From positions 180,001 through 212,000 of the forward strand of contig CP178758.1 of assembly GCA_047651235.1 (NCBI GenBank): DNA of 32,000 nucleotides. The letters are read 5' to 3'. Source of the stretch: Candidatus Electrothrix yaqonensis (GTDB lineage Bacteria; Desulfobacterota; Desulfobulbia; Desulfobulbales; Desulfobulbaceae). A program made the position numbers and the translations under genes. The notes under the pieces were generated by a model that saw only the letters and a program-made list of their open reading frames with translations, was not told where the DNA came from and did no database searches. This document shows positions 1 through 8,457 of this stretch, piece after piece; the first letter of the stretch is position 1; each line of letters starts with the position of its first letter.

Positions 1-30
1 TAAAATTTTTTATCAATCACGCCGGAGATC

Positions 31-966
31 TTGTACTCGTGCCCAGATAAAGCCATGAACTCAGCCAAACGCATACTCTTTCCAATTCCGGAAGATGAAC
101 GAAGTCCACTGGTTGATTGCCTTCTTCAGTTCATTGACTGGCAAAGGGGACGCATTGAACATCTGGAAAAAGAACTTGAGAAGCTGAAAAAACAGCAGAC
201 CGACAACGTTGATACCGTTGAAACCATTGGCACCGCCGGTACGACGCACTCCACCAGGATGGCGGACAGCAGACCGGAACGGGAAAAGCCGGAGCAGCGG
301 AAGCCGCAAAACAGTCAGTTCGATCAAGCTGATCAAGCCGATACCGACGCTGAAACGGCTCATCACAGCAGGATGGCGGACAGCAGATCGGAACAGAAAA
401 AACTGATTGAAAAAAAAAAAAGAGTACAAAAGAAAAAAATAGACATACTGAATATCAATGAGGACGGATTCGTCACGCCTGAAAATATTCAACAGCTGCT
501 GGTAAAAAACATACAGCAGCAGCTGGTAAACATGGAACATAAAAACAGGCGAAGATTCACCAGGATACCTATTGACTGGAATGCTGATTTGGACTTCGGA
601 GTAAAAAAATACTATCAGCATCCTCTTAAGGATATAAGCCTGAGCGGCGTTTTTGTTACAGGAAGTTTCAAACAGAAAAAGGGAGATATATGCTCAATAA
701 TGCTGACGCAGTCAAGAGTGGATTCAGATCTTACAATCAGGGCTGCCTGCTCAATTGTCAGAATCAATGGTCACGGCATGGCTCTCGATTTTATCTCTAT
801 GAAAATAGACGATTTTATACATCTGCAGACTGTGCTGCTGCATGAGGCGAATGACCCCATTATTCTGGGTACTGAATTTGTCAACAACATTGACCTGGAA
901 TTTGAAGATGATCTTATTTTATGTAAATCATATAAGTTTGATAATGACAAGAAAAAGAAAAAATAG
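31..966 (+). CDS. PilZ-domain (c-di-GMP receptor type) protein with a charged, internally repeated N-terminal half
   Basis: 311-aa ORF. The C-terminal half carries both PilZ signatures, RRRFTR (RxxxR) and DISLSG (D/NxSxxG), 22 aa apart. TTG at 31 is preceded by GGAG (24-27); an alternative ATG lies at 55. The in-frame stop at 1-3 means the gene starts inside the window. Confidence 0.6.
   Translation: MYSCPDKAMNSAKRILFPIPEDERSPLVDCLLQFIDWQRGRIEHLEKELEKLKKQQTDNVDTVETIGTAGTTHSTRMADSRPEREKPEQRKPQNSQFDQADQADTDAETAHHSRMADSRSEQKKLIEKKKRVQKKKIDILNINEDGFVTPENIQQLLVKNIQQQLVNMEHKNRRRFTRIPIDWNADLDFGVKKYYQHPLKDISLSGVFVTGSFKQKKGDICSIMLTQSRVDSDLTIRAACSIVRINGHGMALDFISMKIDDFIHLQTVLLHEANDPIILGTEFVNNIDLEFEDDLILCKSYKFDNDKKKKK
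255..394 (+). repeat. Pair of 26-nt direct repeats (255-280 and 369-394, 1 mismatch) inside the PilZ gene
   Basis: caggatggcggacagcaga(c/t)cggaac occurs twice, 114 nt (38 codons) apart. It encodes the duplicated peptide (T/S)RMADSR(P/S)E. Confidence 0.9.
410..421 (+). repeat. A12 homopolymer inside the PilZ coding sequence
   Basis: Twelve consecutive A residues counted at 410-421, encoding part of ...EKKKR... Confidence 0.95.
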
Positions 967-1082
967 CATAATTATGAGGTGATAAACCCAATAACTCTTC
1001 CCCTCCCCTCTCGTTATATCCTGTCGATACTGACTCAATCAGCTGAAGCTATATAGCTGCCAGAGCCTCCTACGCTTTTTTG

Positions 1083-1111
1083 TTGACAAATACAAACCAT
1101 CTGTTTAAGTT
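1083..1111 (+). promoter_or_regulatory. Candidate sigma-70 promoter upstream of dsrA
   Basis: TTGACA (1083-1088), a 17-nt spacer, then TAAGTT (1106-1111). It would give a leader of about 150 nt before the dsrA ATG at 1270. Sequence match only. Confidence 0.3.
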
Positions 1112-1269
1112 CGCCTCCTAAATACCGGGTAATCAGTAAGGTAAAATGTTGCTGTTTTTCTGAACAACGTTGTTGAATTACACCTGTACTTCTACAGAGT
1201 TTGAGTAATTTTATACAGTTGTAGGCTTGTTTTATTTTTTCATATCATTTTAGCGAGGAGGGAACACCG

Positions 1270-2550
1270 ATGGCAAAGCATGATACGCCTATGTTGGACG
1301 AACTGGAAAAAGGCCCGTGGCCGAGTTTCGTTACCGACATGAAGCGCCAGGCAGAGACGCACCCTGAGTGCTGGGATATTCTCGGCCAGCTGGAGCTTTC
1401 GTTTGAAGACAAGATCACCCACTGGAAGCATGGCGGTATCGTTGGTGTATTCGGTTACGGCGGCGGTATCGTCGGTCGTTACTCCGATGTGCCGGACCGT
1501 TTCCCCGGGGTTGAGCATTTCCATACCGTCCGTATTGCCCAGCCTTCCGGTCTGTACTACTCCACCAAGAACCTCCGGGCTCTGATGGATCTGTGGGACA
1601 AGTACGGTTCCGGTATGACCAATATGCACGGTTCCACCGGCGACATGATCTTTCTCGGTACCCGTACCGAGAATCTGGAGCCGCTGTTCTGGGATCTGAC
1701 CCATGATCTGGAGCAGGATCTGGGCGGTTCCGGGTCCAACCTGCGGACCCCGTCCTGCTGTCTGGGCGAGTCCCGTTGTGAGTGGTCCTGTTATGATGCA
1801 CAGGATGTCTGCCATCATCTGACCATGCATTATCAGGATGAGATTCATCGTCCGGCCTTTCCGTACAAATTTAAGTTCAAATTCTCCGGTTGTCCCAACG
1901 ACTGTGTTGCCTCCATTGCCCGTTCCGATTTTGCTCTGATCGGTACCTGGAAGGACGATATCCGGATTGATCAGGCTGCGGTCAAAGAGTATGTTGCAGG
2001 CAACTATCCGGCAAACGGCGGCGCCCATGCCGGTCGTGACTGGGGTGCGTTCAGCATCAAAAAAGAAGTTATTGACATCTGCCCGACCAACTGCATGTGG
2101 ATGGAAGGCGATGAGCTGAAAATCGACAACTCCGAGTGTACCCGCTGCATGCACTGCATCAACGTTATGCCGCGTGCTCTGAAACCGGGTAAGGAGAAAG
2201 GTGCTACAGTCTGCGTCGGTGCCAAGGCCCCGATTCTGGACGGAGCTCAGTTCGCCACCATGGTTATCCCGTTCATTGAGGTATCCAAGGACAATGAATA
2301 CGAGAACCTGATCGATGTAATCGAGCAGATTTGGGACTGGTGGATGGAAGTCGGCAAGAACCGTGAGCGTGTCGGTGAGACCATGCAGCGCATCGGTCTG
2401 CCCGCCTTCCTCAAGGTCATGGAAGTCGATGCTATGCCGCAGCATGTGAAGGAACCCCGCTCCAACCCCTATGTCTTCTGGAAGGAAGAAGAGGTCGAGG
2501 GCGGCTGGGAGCGTGATGTTGAGGAATTCCGCAGAAGACATAAAGCATAA
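1270..2550 (+). CDS. dsrA: Dissimilatory sulfite reductase alpha subunit
   Basis: 426 aa. The N-terminus MAKHDTPMLDELEKGPWPSFV is typical of DsrA. It has the sirohaem/FeS cysteine motifs (CCLGESRC..., SGCPNDC) and a ferredoxin insert (CTRCMHCINVMP). A strong SD (GAGGAGGG) precedes the ATG, and dsrB follows immediately. Confidence 0.95.
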   Translation: MAKHDTPMLDELEKGPWPSFVTDMKRQAETHPECWDILGQLELSFEDKITHWKHGGIVGVFGYGGGIVGRYSDVPDRFPGVEHFHTVRIAQPSGLYYSTKNLRALMDLWDKYGSGMTNMHGSTGDMIFLGTRTENLEPLFWDLTHDLEQDLGGSGSNLRTPSCCLGESRCEWSCYDAQDVCHHLTMHYQDEIHRPAFPYKFKFKFSGCPNDCVASIARSDFALIGTWKDDIRIDQAAVKEYVAGNYPANGGAHAGRDWGAFSIKKEVIDICPTNCMWMEGDELKIDNSECTRCMHCINVMPRALKPGKEKGATVCVGAKAPILDGAQFATMVIPFIEVSKDNEYENLIDVIEQIWDWWMEVGKNRERVGETMQRIGLPAFLKVMEVDAMPQHVKEPRSNPYVFWKEEEVEGGWERDVEEFRRRHKA

Positions 2551-2610
2551 GTCGGTAGCCGGTCTTACATAAAGCTTGAATCAATTTTTGATATAAAAGG
2601 AGATTGTACA

Positions 2611-3750
2611 ATGGGTTACGATCCAGCTAATCCCATGGAAGGTCGGATTACCGACTTGGGGCCCCGTTCATATACTGAAATGCTGCCGCCGGTTATTGCG
2701 GCCAATAAAGGAAAATGGGACTACCACGAGATTATTGCTCCGGGTATCCTCCTGCATGTAGGTGAGAGCGGAGACGAGTGTTACACCGTGCGTGTCGGTT
2801 CTCCCCGTCTGGTTTCCATCGAATACATCCGTGAGCTGTGTGACATCGCGGACAAGTACTGCGAAGGCTACCTGCGTTTTACCACCAGAAACAACGTGGA
2901 GTTCATGACTGACTCCAAAGAAAAATGCGATGCCTTGGTTGAAGACCTGAAGGGCCGCGACACCAAGCTGCCCGTCGGCGGTACCGGGGCCTGTGTAACC
3001 AACATCGTCCATACCCAGGGTTGGGTGCATTGCCACACCCCGGCAACTGATGCTTCCGGTCCGGTCAAGGCGGTTATGGACGACCTGTTCGAGTACTTCG
3101 GTTCCATGACCCTGCCTGCCCAGGTCCGTATTGCGCTGGCCTGTTGCCTGAACATGTGCGGTGCTGTGCATGCTTCTGATATTGCCATCCTCGGTGTGCA
3201 TCGTAAGCCGCCGATGATTGATCATTCCCGCATCACCGGTGTCTGTGAGATTCCGCTGGCTATTTCCGCCTGTCCGCTTGGTGCGGTAAAACCGGCCAAA
3301 GCAGAAGTAAACGGCGAAGAGGTCAAGACCGTCAAGGTCAACGCCGAGCGCTGTATGTTCTGTGGTAACTGCTACACCATGTGTCCGGCTATGCCTCTGG
3401 CCGATCCGGATGGTGATGGTATCGCTATTCTGGTGGGCGGCAAGGTTTCCAATGCCAAGTCCGCACCCAAATTCTCCAAGCTGGTTGTGCCGTTCCTGCC
3501 CAACACCCCGCCGCGCTGGCCGGAGACTGTTGAGGTCGTCCGCAAGATTGTTGAGGTTTACGCCAAGGATGCCAAAAAGTATGAGCGCATCGGCGAATGG
3601 GCGGAGCGCATCGGTTGGGAGAAATTCTTCGAGAAATGCGAGATTCCGTTTACCGACAAGTCAATTGATGACTACCGTCTGGCGTACGATACATGGCGGA
3701 CATCCACCCAGTTCAAGTACACCAACGCTACAGACGCTTACACCAAGTAA
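2611..3750 (+). CDS. dsrB: Dissimilatory sulfite reductase beta subunit
   Basis: 379 aa. It has [28 protein letters not shown] and the ferredoxin domain [12 protein letters not shown]. An AAGGAGA SD precedes the start. Confidence 0.95.
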   Translation: MGYDPANPMEGRITDLGPRSYTEMLPPVIAANKGKWDYHEIIAPGILLHVGESGDECYTVRVGSPRLVSIEYIRELCDIADKYCEGYLRFTTRNNVEFMTDSKEKCDALVEDLKGRDTKLPVGGTGACVTNIVHTQGWVHCHTPATDASGPVKAVMDDLFEYFGSMTLPAQVRIALACCLNMCGAVHASDIAILGVHRKPPMIDHSRITGVCEIPLAISACPLGAVKPAKAEVNGEEVKTVKVNAERCMFCGNCYTMCPAMPLADPDGDGIAILVGGKVSNAKSAPKFSKLVVPFLPNTPPRWPETVEVVRKIVEVYAKDAKKYERIGEWAERIGWEKFFEKCEIPFTDKSIDDYRLAYDTWRTSTQFKYTNATDAYTK

Positions 3751-3818
3751 GATTCTGCGTATATCCGGTCGGATTCCCCGGCCGGATGTTTTTAAACTCA
3801 GCCAAAGAGGTATACGTC

Positions 3819-4064
3819 ATGGCAATGAGTGTTGAAGAAGTAGAAGCTGCGATGATTGAAAAGGCGACCAAATCACCTAAGCCGCAGCTGTACGTCAAGG
3901 ATTTCTATAAATGTGACCCTGATCGTAAACCACGTGAGATCAAGAAAATCGCTAATGCACTGGTGAACAAGGGCGAACTGATGTTCTGGTCCTCCGGTTC
4001 CACCACCATGTATGCTCGTCCGGATCGTATCAAGAACGAAGAGGGAGCTGAAGGAATCAATTAA
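3819..4064 (+). CDS. dsrD: DsrD (small winged-helix protein of the dsr locus)
   Basis: 81 aa starting at the ATG at 3819 (AGAGG SD 8 nt upstream), inside the longer track ORF 3693-4064. The conserved DsrD core is KDFYK...KKIANALVNKGELMFWSSGSTTMY. It lies directly after dsrB. Confidence 0.9.
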   Translation: MAMSVEEVEAAMIEKATKSPKPQLYVKDFYKCDPDRKPREIKKIANALVNKGELMFWSSGSTTMYARPDRIKNEEGAEGIN

Positions 4065-4092
4065 CCCTTTCCTTCCTCGTTGTTGTATAAAA

Positions 4093-4124
4093 GCAAAGGC
4101 CGTTTGGTCTTTGCTTTTTTTTTT
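4093..4124 (+). terminator. Rho-independent terminator after dsrD
   Basis: GCAAAGGCC-gttt-GGTCTTTGC forms a 9-bp stem with one G.U pair, followed by T10 (4115-4124). Confidence 0.75.
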
Positions 4125-4160
4125 CGGAACGAGCGAGCTGAACAGCGAAAAATATCGCTT

Positions 4161-4844
4161 TCAGACCATCCTCTCCCGCGACCAGTCATTGTGCTCAAAC
4201 TCGGCGTGATCCGGTTTGGGCGGTTTGATTTCTTCCATGCGGAGACGCAGCCATTTCATCACCTTATCAAATTCGCTGCTCAGCTCCTGCATGGCCTTGC
4301 CCCGGTGGCTGACCGCACTTTTTTCCTCCATGCTGACCTCGGCAAAGGTTTTGCCGAATGCCTCATAATAAAAGACCGGGTCATAGCCGAATCCAGCTTC
4401 CCCTTGTCGCTGCTCCGTGATTTTCCCTTCACAGCTGCCTTCCCAGGTCAGAGCCGGACCGCCCGGTGTTGCCAGGGAGAGGACGCATTGAAACCGGGCT
4501 GAGCGGTTTGTTTTGCCTTCCATTTTTTTGAGCAGCTTTTCGCAGTTGTCCCAATCCGTGGCATTTTCGCCGCTGTACCGGGCTGAATATACTCCGGGTG
4601 CTCCGTCGAGCGTATCCACCACCAGACCGGAATCATCGGCAAGGGCAGGCACACCGAGCACCCGCGCGTAGTGAAGGGCCTTTTTATAGGCATTATCATC
4701 AAAGGTGGCACCGTCTTCCACCGCCTCCGGCAGGGGTCCGTAATCCTTCAGGCATCGGATTTCAACCGGAAAGTCTTTGACCATTTTCTGAAATTCCCTG
4801 ACCTTGTTCTGATTGTTTGTTGCAAGGACAATAATGTTATGCAT
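4161..4844 (-). CDS. rdgB: Non-canonical purine NTP pyrophosphatase (RdgB/HAM1 family)
   Basis: 227 aa. It has the N-terminal LATNNQNKVREF and the GFGYDPVF motif. A C-terminal tail of about 25 aa extends beyond the usual ~200 aa. Confidence 0.9.
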   Translation of the reverse strand: MHNIIVLATNNQNKVREFQKMVKDFPVEIRCLKDYGPLPEAVEDGATFDDNAYKKALHYARVLGVPALADDSGLVVDTLDGAPGVYSARYSGENATDWDNCEKLLKKMEGKTNRSARFQCVLSLATPGGPALTWEGSCEGKITEQRQGEAGFGYDPVFYYEAFGKTFAEVSMEEKSAVSHRGKAMQELSSEFDKVMKWLRLRMEEIKPPKPDHAEFEHNDWSRERMV

Positions 4845-4875
4845 TGTTCAATCTCCGCTGGAAAAGTATTGCAAA

Positions 4876-5436
4876 TTATTTATTGGCGGCATTCCGTTTT
4901 TTGCGCATTTTCTTATCGTAGCGTTTCTGCTCGCTGTAGATACAGCCGCAGTAGGGCTGCCGGTACAGATTCATGGTGATCGCGCCGTCAATTCCCTGCT
5001 GCCAGCCTTCCCGAAAGTCGTCATAATGGAAGCGGACAGCAAACTCATGGGCCAGTGCTTCGCATTGTTCGATGAGCAGACTGTGGCTCTGGTGTCTGGA
5101 GTAGAGCAGGGTGGTGGTAAAGGCATCAAAGCCCTCCTGGGCAGCCAGCCGGGCCGCAGCCCGCAGGCGCATATTATAGCATATTGCACAGCGTTTGTTT
5201 TCGCGAAAAACAACTCTGCGCAGATATTCTGTCAGGCCGTACTGCCGGTCAATGGTGACCGGGAAGTCTTTCTGTTCGGAGAATTCGACCAAGGCCCCTA
5301 TCCGTCGTTTGAACTCCCGGAAGGGATGGATATTTGGATTGTAGAAATATCCGTGCACTGCATGGCCCTGCTGCCGCAGGACTTCAAGCGGATACACTGT
5401 GCACGGGCCGCAGCAGACATGGAGCAGTATTCGCAT
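4876..5436 (-). CDS. queH: Epoxyqueuosine reductase QueH (DUF208)
   Basis: 186 aa. It has the MRILLHVCCGPC N-terminal cysteine motif, CAICY and the C-terminal CGCIYSE, all typical of QueH/DUF208. Confidence 0.85.
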   Translation of the reverse strand: MRILLHVCCGPCTVYPLEVLRQQGHAVHGYFYNPNIHPFREFKRRIGALVEFSEQKDFPVTIDRQYGLTEYLRRVVFRENKRCAICYNMRLRAAARLAAQEGFDAFTTTLLYSRHQSHSLLIEQCEALAHEFAVRFHYDDFREGWQQGIDGAITMNLYRQPYCGCIYSEQKRYDKKMRKKRNAANK

Positions 5437-5458
5437 TGGTTCGCCTGTACCTGTTCTT

Positions 5459-7099
5459 CTATTTTACCTTGTACTGCTTGGGATCAATCCCGTAGTTATG
5501 TATCTTATAGTTGATGATCCGCAGACTGGTTTCCAACCGGGCTGCTGCTTTGGTCTGATTGCCGTTGGTCTGTTTGAGCGCATCAATGATCAGCTCCCGC
5601 TCAAAATTTTCCACCGCACTGGCCAGAGAAAGAGGACTTTCGTCGCCCGGCACTGTGCCTGAACTTTGCAGGGTAGGGGGGAGATGAACAGCCGTGATGG
5701 CACTGGAATCACAGATCAGCACGGCCCGCTCCATGCAGTTCTGCAGCTCCCGGACATTACCGGGCCAGTGATATTTGATCAGCAGGTCAATGGCAGCCGT
5801 TGAAATGCGCTCGATTTTTTTGTTGTTTTCCCGGGTGTATTTTTCCAGAAAATACTCGGCCAGCAGCAGGACATCCGTGCGTCGTTCCCGCAAAGGAGGT
5901 AGGTAGACCGGAAAGACGTTGAGCCGGTAATACAGGTCTTCCCGGAATATTCCTTCGTTCACTGCGGCCTCAAGATCACGGTTGGTTGCAGCCACCAACC
6001 GGATATCCGCTTTGAGGAGCGTTGTTCCCCCTAACCTCTGAAACGTCCGCTCCTGAATCACGTTGAGCAGCTTGACCTGCACCGGGATGCTGAGTTCGCC
6101 GATTTCGTCAAGGAACAGGGTACCGCCCTCGGCCAGTTCAAAACGGCCTTTTTTTCGCTCTACAGCTCCAGTAAAGGCACCCTTTTCATGCCCGAACAAT
6201 TCGCTCTCCAGCAAGGTCTCCGGCAGCGCGGAACAGTTGACCACGGTAAACGGTTTGTCCGCTCGCTGCGAATTATGATGCAGGGCCTTGGCGATCAGGG
6301 ATTTTCCGGTTCCGGACTCACCGCGCAGCAGGACCGTGGCATTGGAGTCTGCAACTCGATGTACCATCTCAAACACCTCCTGCATCCGGGAAGAGTTGCC
6401 GATAATATCATTGATCCGGTTCTTGGCGGACAATTCCCGCTTGAGGCGCAGATTTTCCTGATGCAGCTCTTCTTTTTCCCGGTTGATCACCTGGACCCGA
6501 TGCACGGCCTGGGCGATCAGGGCACTGACAATGGTGAGAAAACGGAGATCCTGTTCTGACTGCAGACCAAAATCCCGGGCATAAAACCGATCAACAGACA
6601 GCGCGCCGATGGACAGATTTTCATTTTCCAACTGCGACTGCTGGTGGAGATCCAGGGCAAAAGTCTTCTCTTCCGAGGTTCCGAAGGTGGCCTTGATAGG
6701 AACGCAGATAAAGGAACTTTTCTTTTTTTCGTCATTGCTGCGTATCCCGGTCCTGTTGAGGAAAAGAGGTTCTTCCCCGATCTGGGGCACAATAACCGGC
6801 TCGCCGCTGGACACCACCCGACCGGTGATGCCTTCCCCCAGCTTGTATTTCCCTTTTTTCCGGGCCCGTGCCGTGATGCCGCAGGCCACCTCGATCTCCA
6901 GTTTTCTGGTCGTCGGATTGACAATAGTGACCGTGCCGTTTTCCATATTTTTCATGTCCGCCAGCACGGCAACCACTTTATTCAGCCCCTCCTGCAGATC
7001 GGCGACTGCAGCAAGAATTTTGGTGATTTCGTAGAGACAGGAGAGATCCTGGCGTGCAAGACCCTGATTTTTTATAGAAGTATTTGAGTCAGTGCTCAT
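5459..7099 (-). CDS. Sigma-54-dependent transcriptional activator with an N-terminal GAF domain (NifA-like architecture)
   Basis: 546 aa. It has Walker A GESGTGKS, the GAFTGA motif (EKGAFTGA), and a C-terminal Fis-type HTH ([20 protein letters not shown]). The N-terminal ~200 aa are GAF-like. Confidence 0.9.
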   Translation of the reverse strand: MSTDSNTSIKNQGLARQDLSCLYEITKILAAVADLQEGLNKVVAVLADMKNMENGTVTIVNPTTRKLEIEVACGITARARKKGKYKLGEGITGRVVSSGEPVIVPQIGEEPLFLNRTGIRSNDEKKKSSFICVPIKATFGTSEEKTFALDLHQQSQLENENLSIGALSVDRFYARDFGLQSEQDLRFLTIVSALIAQAVHRVQVINREKEELHQENLRLKRELSAKNRINDIIGNSSRMQEVFEMVHRVADSNATVLLRGESGTGKSLIAKALHHNSQRADKPFTVVNCSALPETLLESELFGHEKGAFTGAVERKKGRFELAEGGTLFLDEIGELSIPVQVKLLNVIQERTFQRLGGTTLLKADIRLVAATNRDLEAAVNEGIFREDLYYRLNVFPVYLPPLRERRTDVLLLAEYFLEKYTRENNKKIERISTAAIDLLIKYHWPGNVRELQNCMERAVLICDSSAITAVHLPPTLQSSGTVPGDESPLSLASAVENFERELIIDALKQTNGNQTKAAARLETSLRIINYKIHNYGIDPKQYKVK

Positions 7100-7175
7100 A
7101 GTGAATCAACAGCAGGAGAATATTGACAGGATGTCCTTTACATGGTATAAAAACTCGACGCTCTACTGGAGCCCC

Positions 7176-7261
7176 GGAGGAATGGCCGAGTGGTTGAAGG
7201 CGGCGGTCTTGAAAACCGTTGTACGAAAGTACCGTGGGTTCGAATCCTACTTCCTCCGCCA
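7176..7261 (+). tRNA. tRNA-Ser (anticodon UGA)
   Basis: Hand-folded. Acceptor GGAGGAA/TTCCTCC; anticodon stem GCGGT/ACCGT with loop CTTGAAA (anticodon TGA). It has a long variable arm GTACgaaaGTAC, a T-arm GTGGG-TTCGAAT-CCTAC, and an encoded CCA. Confidence 0.9.
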
Positions 7262-7302
7262 CATTATTTATATTTGCTTTTTATATATACGTTCTTGTTT
7301 TC

Positions 7303-7395
7303 GGAGAGATGACCGAGCTGGCCGATGGTGCTCGCCTGCTAAGCGAGTGTGGGGGTCAAACTCCACCGAGGGTTCGAATCCCTCTCTCTCCGCCA
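7303..7395 (+). tRNA. tRNA-Ser (anticodon GCU)
   Basis: Acceptor GGAGAGA/TCTCTCC; anticodon stem CTCGC/GCGAG with loop CTGCTAA (anticodon GCT). It has a long variable arm, a T-arm GAGGG-TTCGAAT-CCCTC, and an encoded CCA. Confidence 0.9.
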
Positions 7396-7405
7396 GGAAG
7401 TGAAA

Positions 7406-7436
7406 AGCCGCCCCTTTTTCAGGAGCGGCTTTTTTT
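7406..7436 (+). terminator. Rho-independent terminator after the tRNA-Ser pair
   Basis: AGCCGC ... GCGGCT stem (7406-7411 / 7425-7430) followed by T6 (7431-7436). Confidence 0.6.
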
Positions 7437-7508
7437 GTGCCCGCTTTTTTCCGCACTTTATTCTGCTCCGTTGCATCAATTATTCATCAATCGCTTCATT
7501 CACGTACG

Positions 7509-7970
7509 CTAAAATCCCCAGAGTAGTGTGCGTTTGATCCAGCCGGTCACGTTGTCGTGCCGGACTTTGACCCACCCTTTTCTCTGCTGCAGCGTTTTGA
7601 AGACAACACCGTAATAGGCCTGCGCCACAACCTTTGATCGGGTGTCGGGTTTGCTGCGTATATTAATTTTTCCCCCGTCTTTCTGGGCTCTGACGATCAT
7701 ATGGCCGGAACGGTTGACCACGTTTTTATGCACCCAGCCCTTGGAGCCTTCAAAATCCTGCACATGCAGCCATTTACCGGAAGTTTTCAGGACTTTCAGG
7801 GGAAACCCCTGACTGAGTTTCCAGAGCACCTTTTCATTCAGACCGGGACCGGACCGCATATTGACATTATCATTGTCCACAGCAACCATCTGGATTGCCA
7901 AGGCTGTCTGCACATGCAGAGTAAGCAGAAAAGTAAAAAGCAACAGGTTGATCAACGATGTTTTCTTCAT
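7509..7970 (-). CDS. Secreted protein with two bacterial SH3 (SH3b) domains
   Basis: The start is taken at the ATG at 7970 (MKKTSLINLLLFTFLLTLHVQTALA, a classic signal peptide), not the track start at 8057. Two SH3b-like repeats are present (VNMRSGPG...WLHV...GWV and INIRSKPD...WVKV...GWI). Confidence 0.75.
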   Translation of the reverse strand: MKKTSLINLLLFTFLLTLHVQTALAIQMVAVDNDNVNMRSGPGLNEKVLWKLSQGFPLKVLKTSGKWLHVQDFEGSKGWVHKNVVNRSGHMIVRAQKDGGKINIRSKPDTRSKVVAQAYYGVVFKTLQQRKGWVKVRHDNVTGWIKRTLLWGF

Positions 7971-8136
7971 GGTACGCAGAATATTTATTTGCTTTCCGGT
8001 TCTGCCGGATCCTCCTGCTGAGCACAGCAACACCCGACAATTTATATGAGGGGGCAAGAACAGCGGCGAAATTGATGGCTGCCGTTGTCTTTCCCGCTCC
8101 GTCCTTCTGATTTGGCAAATACAACAGTTTTTGCAT
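7971..8136 (-). pseudogene. Remnant of a ParA/Soj-type ATPase gene (N-terminal ~30 codons, degenerate Walker A)
   Basis: The ORF from 8136 reads MQKLLYLPNQKDGAGKTTAAINFAAVLAP, compared with the family pattern ...IANQKGGVGKTTTAINLAAALA. The deviant Walker A is mutated (KGGVGKT to KDGAGKT). Similarity is lost after about 30 aa, with only an RVLL trace in another frame. The rest of a ~250-aa ParA is absent. Confidence 0.4.
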
Positions 8137-8457
8137 CCATCACAGATACAGCTCCTTAAATGTTTCCATCCACTCTTTCCGTTTTTTTTTTCGGAAAAAT
8201 CAGGCTGAGTATTTCTCTGTTTTTTCTGCCGTTTTCTGCATTTTTCAAACTGATCATCCCGAAAATACAGGAAAAAATAAAAGATGTCGTCAGCCCTCTT
8301 TCGCAGTATAGTACACTACTCTTGGAGATCGGTGAAACATTTTTTTACATTAGTTTGGCGTGAAACATGCTGGTGTACAACTGAAAATACATGTCGGCAA
8401 CAGGCGACATGCTGTTTCTACGTCATCTACGTCAACGGGATCAAAAAAGGGGAGAGA

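Noticed and set aside
31-200. The N-terminus of the PilZ protein (PEDERSPLVDCLLQFIDWQRGRIEHLEKELEKLKK) is vaguely reminiscent of IS66-family transposase N-terminal coiled coils.
   Set aside because: The similarity is only a generic coiled-coil pattern. There is no DDE domain, no inverted repeats and no accessory tnp ORFs.
1240-2541. A 433-aa ORF antisense to dsrA. Similar long antisense ORFs occur at 10213-11250, 12580-13494, 15259-16140, 16886-17602, 19065-19973, 20766-21578, 21882-22772 and 28034-28963.
   Set aside because: Each lies fully opposite a gene with unmistakable family motifs. Their translations are low-complexity (Arg/Gly/Pro/His-rich) with no recognisable motifs. These are typical shadow ORFs produced by codon bias in moderately GC-rich genes.
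3693-3818. N-terminal extension of the dsrD ORF (track start 3693), overlapping the end of dsrB.
   Set aside because: The extension overlaps dsrB in another frame and has no DsrD-like sequence. The ATG at 3819 has a proper SD and gives the canonical ~80-aa DsrD.
8160-8457. A 67-aa ORF (8160-8363) and the 58-codon 5' extension of nadB (8284-8457).
   Set aside because: This is a T-rich intergenic-looking sequence. The Phe/Leu/Ser-rich translation is explained by composition. The NadB FAD-binding motif begins right after the ATG at 8458, which has a strong SD.
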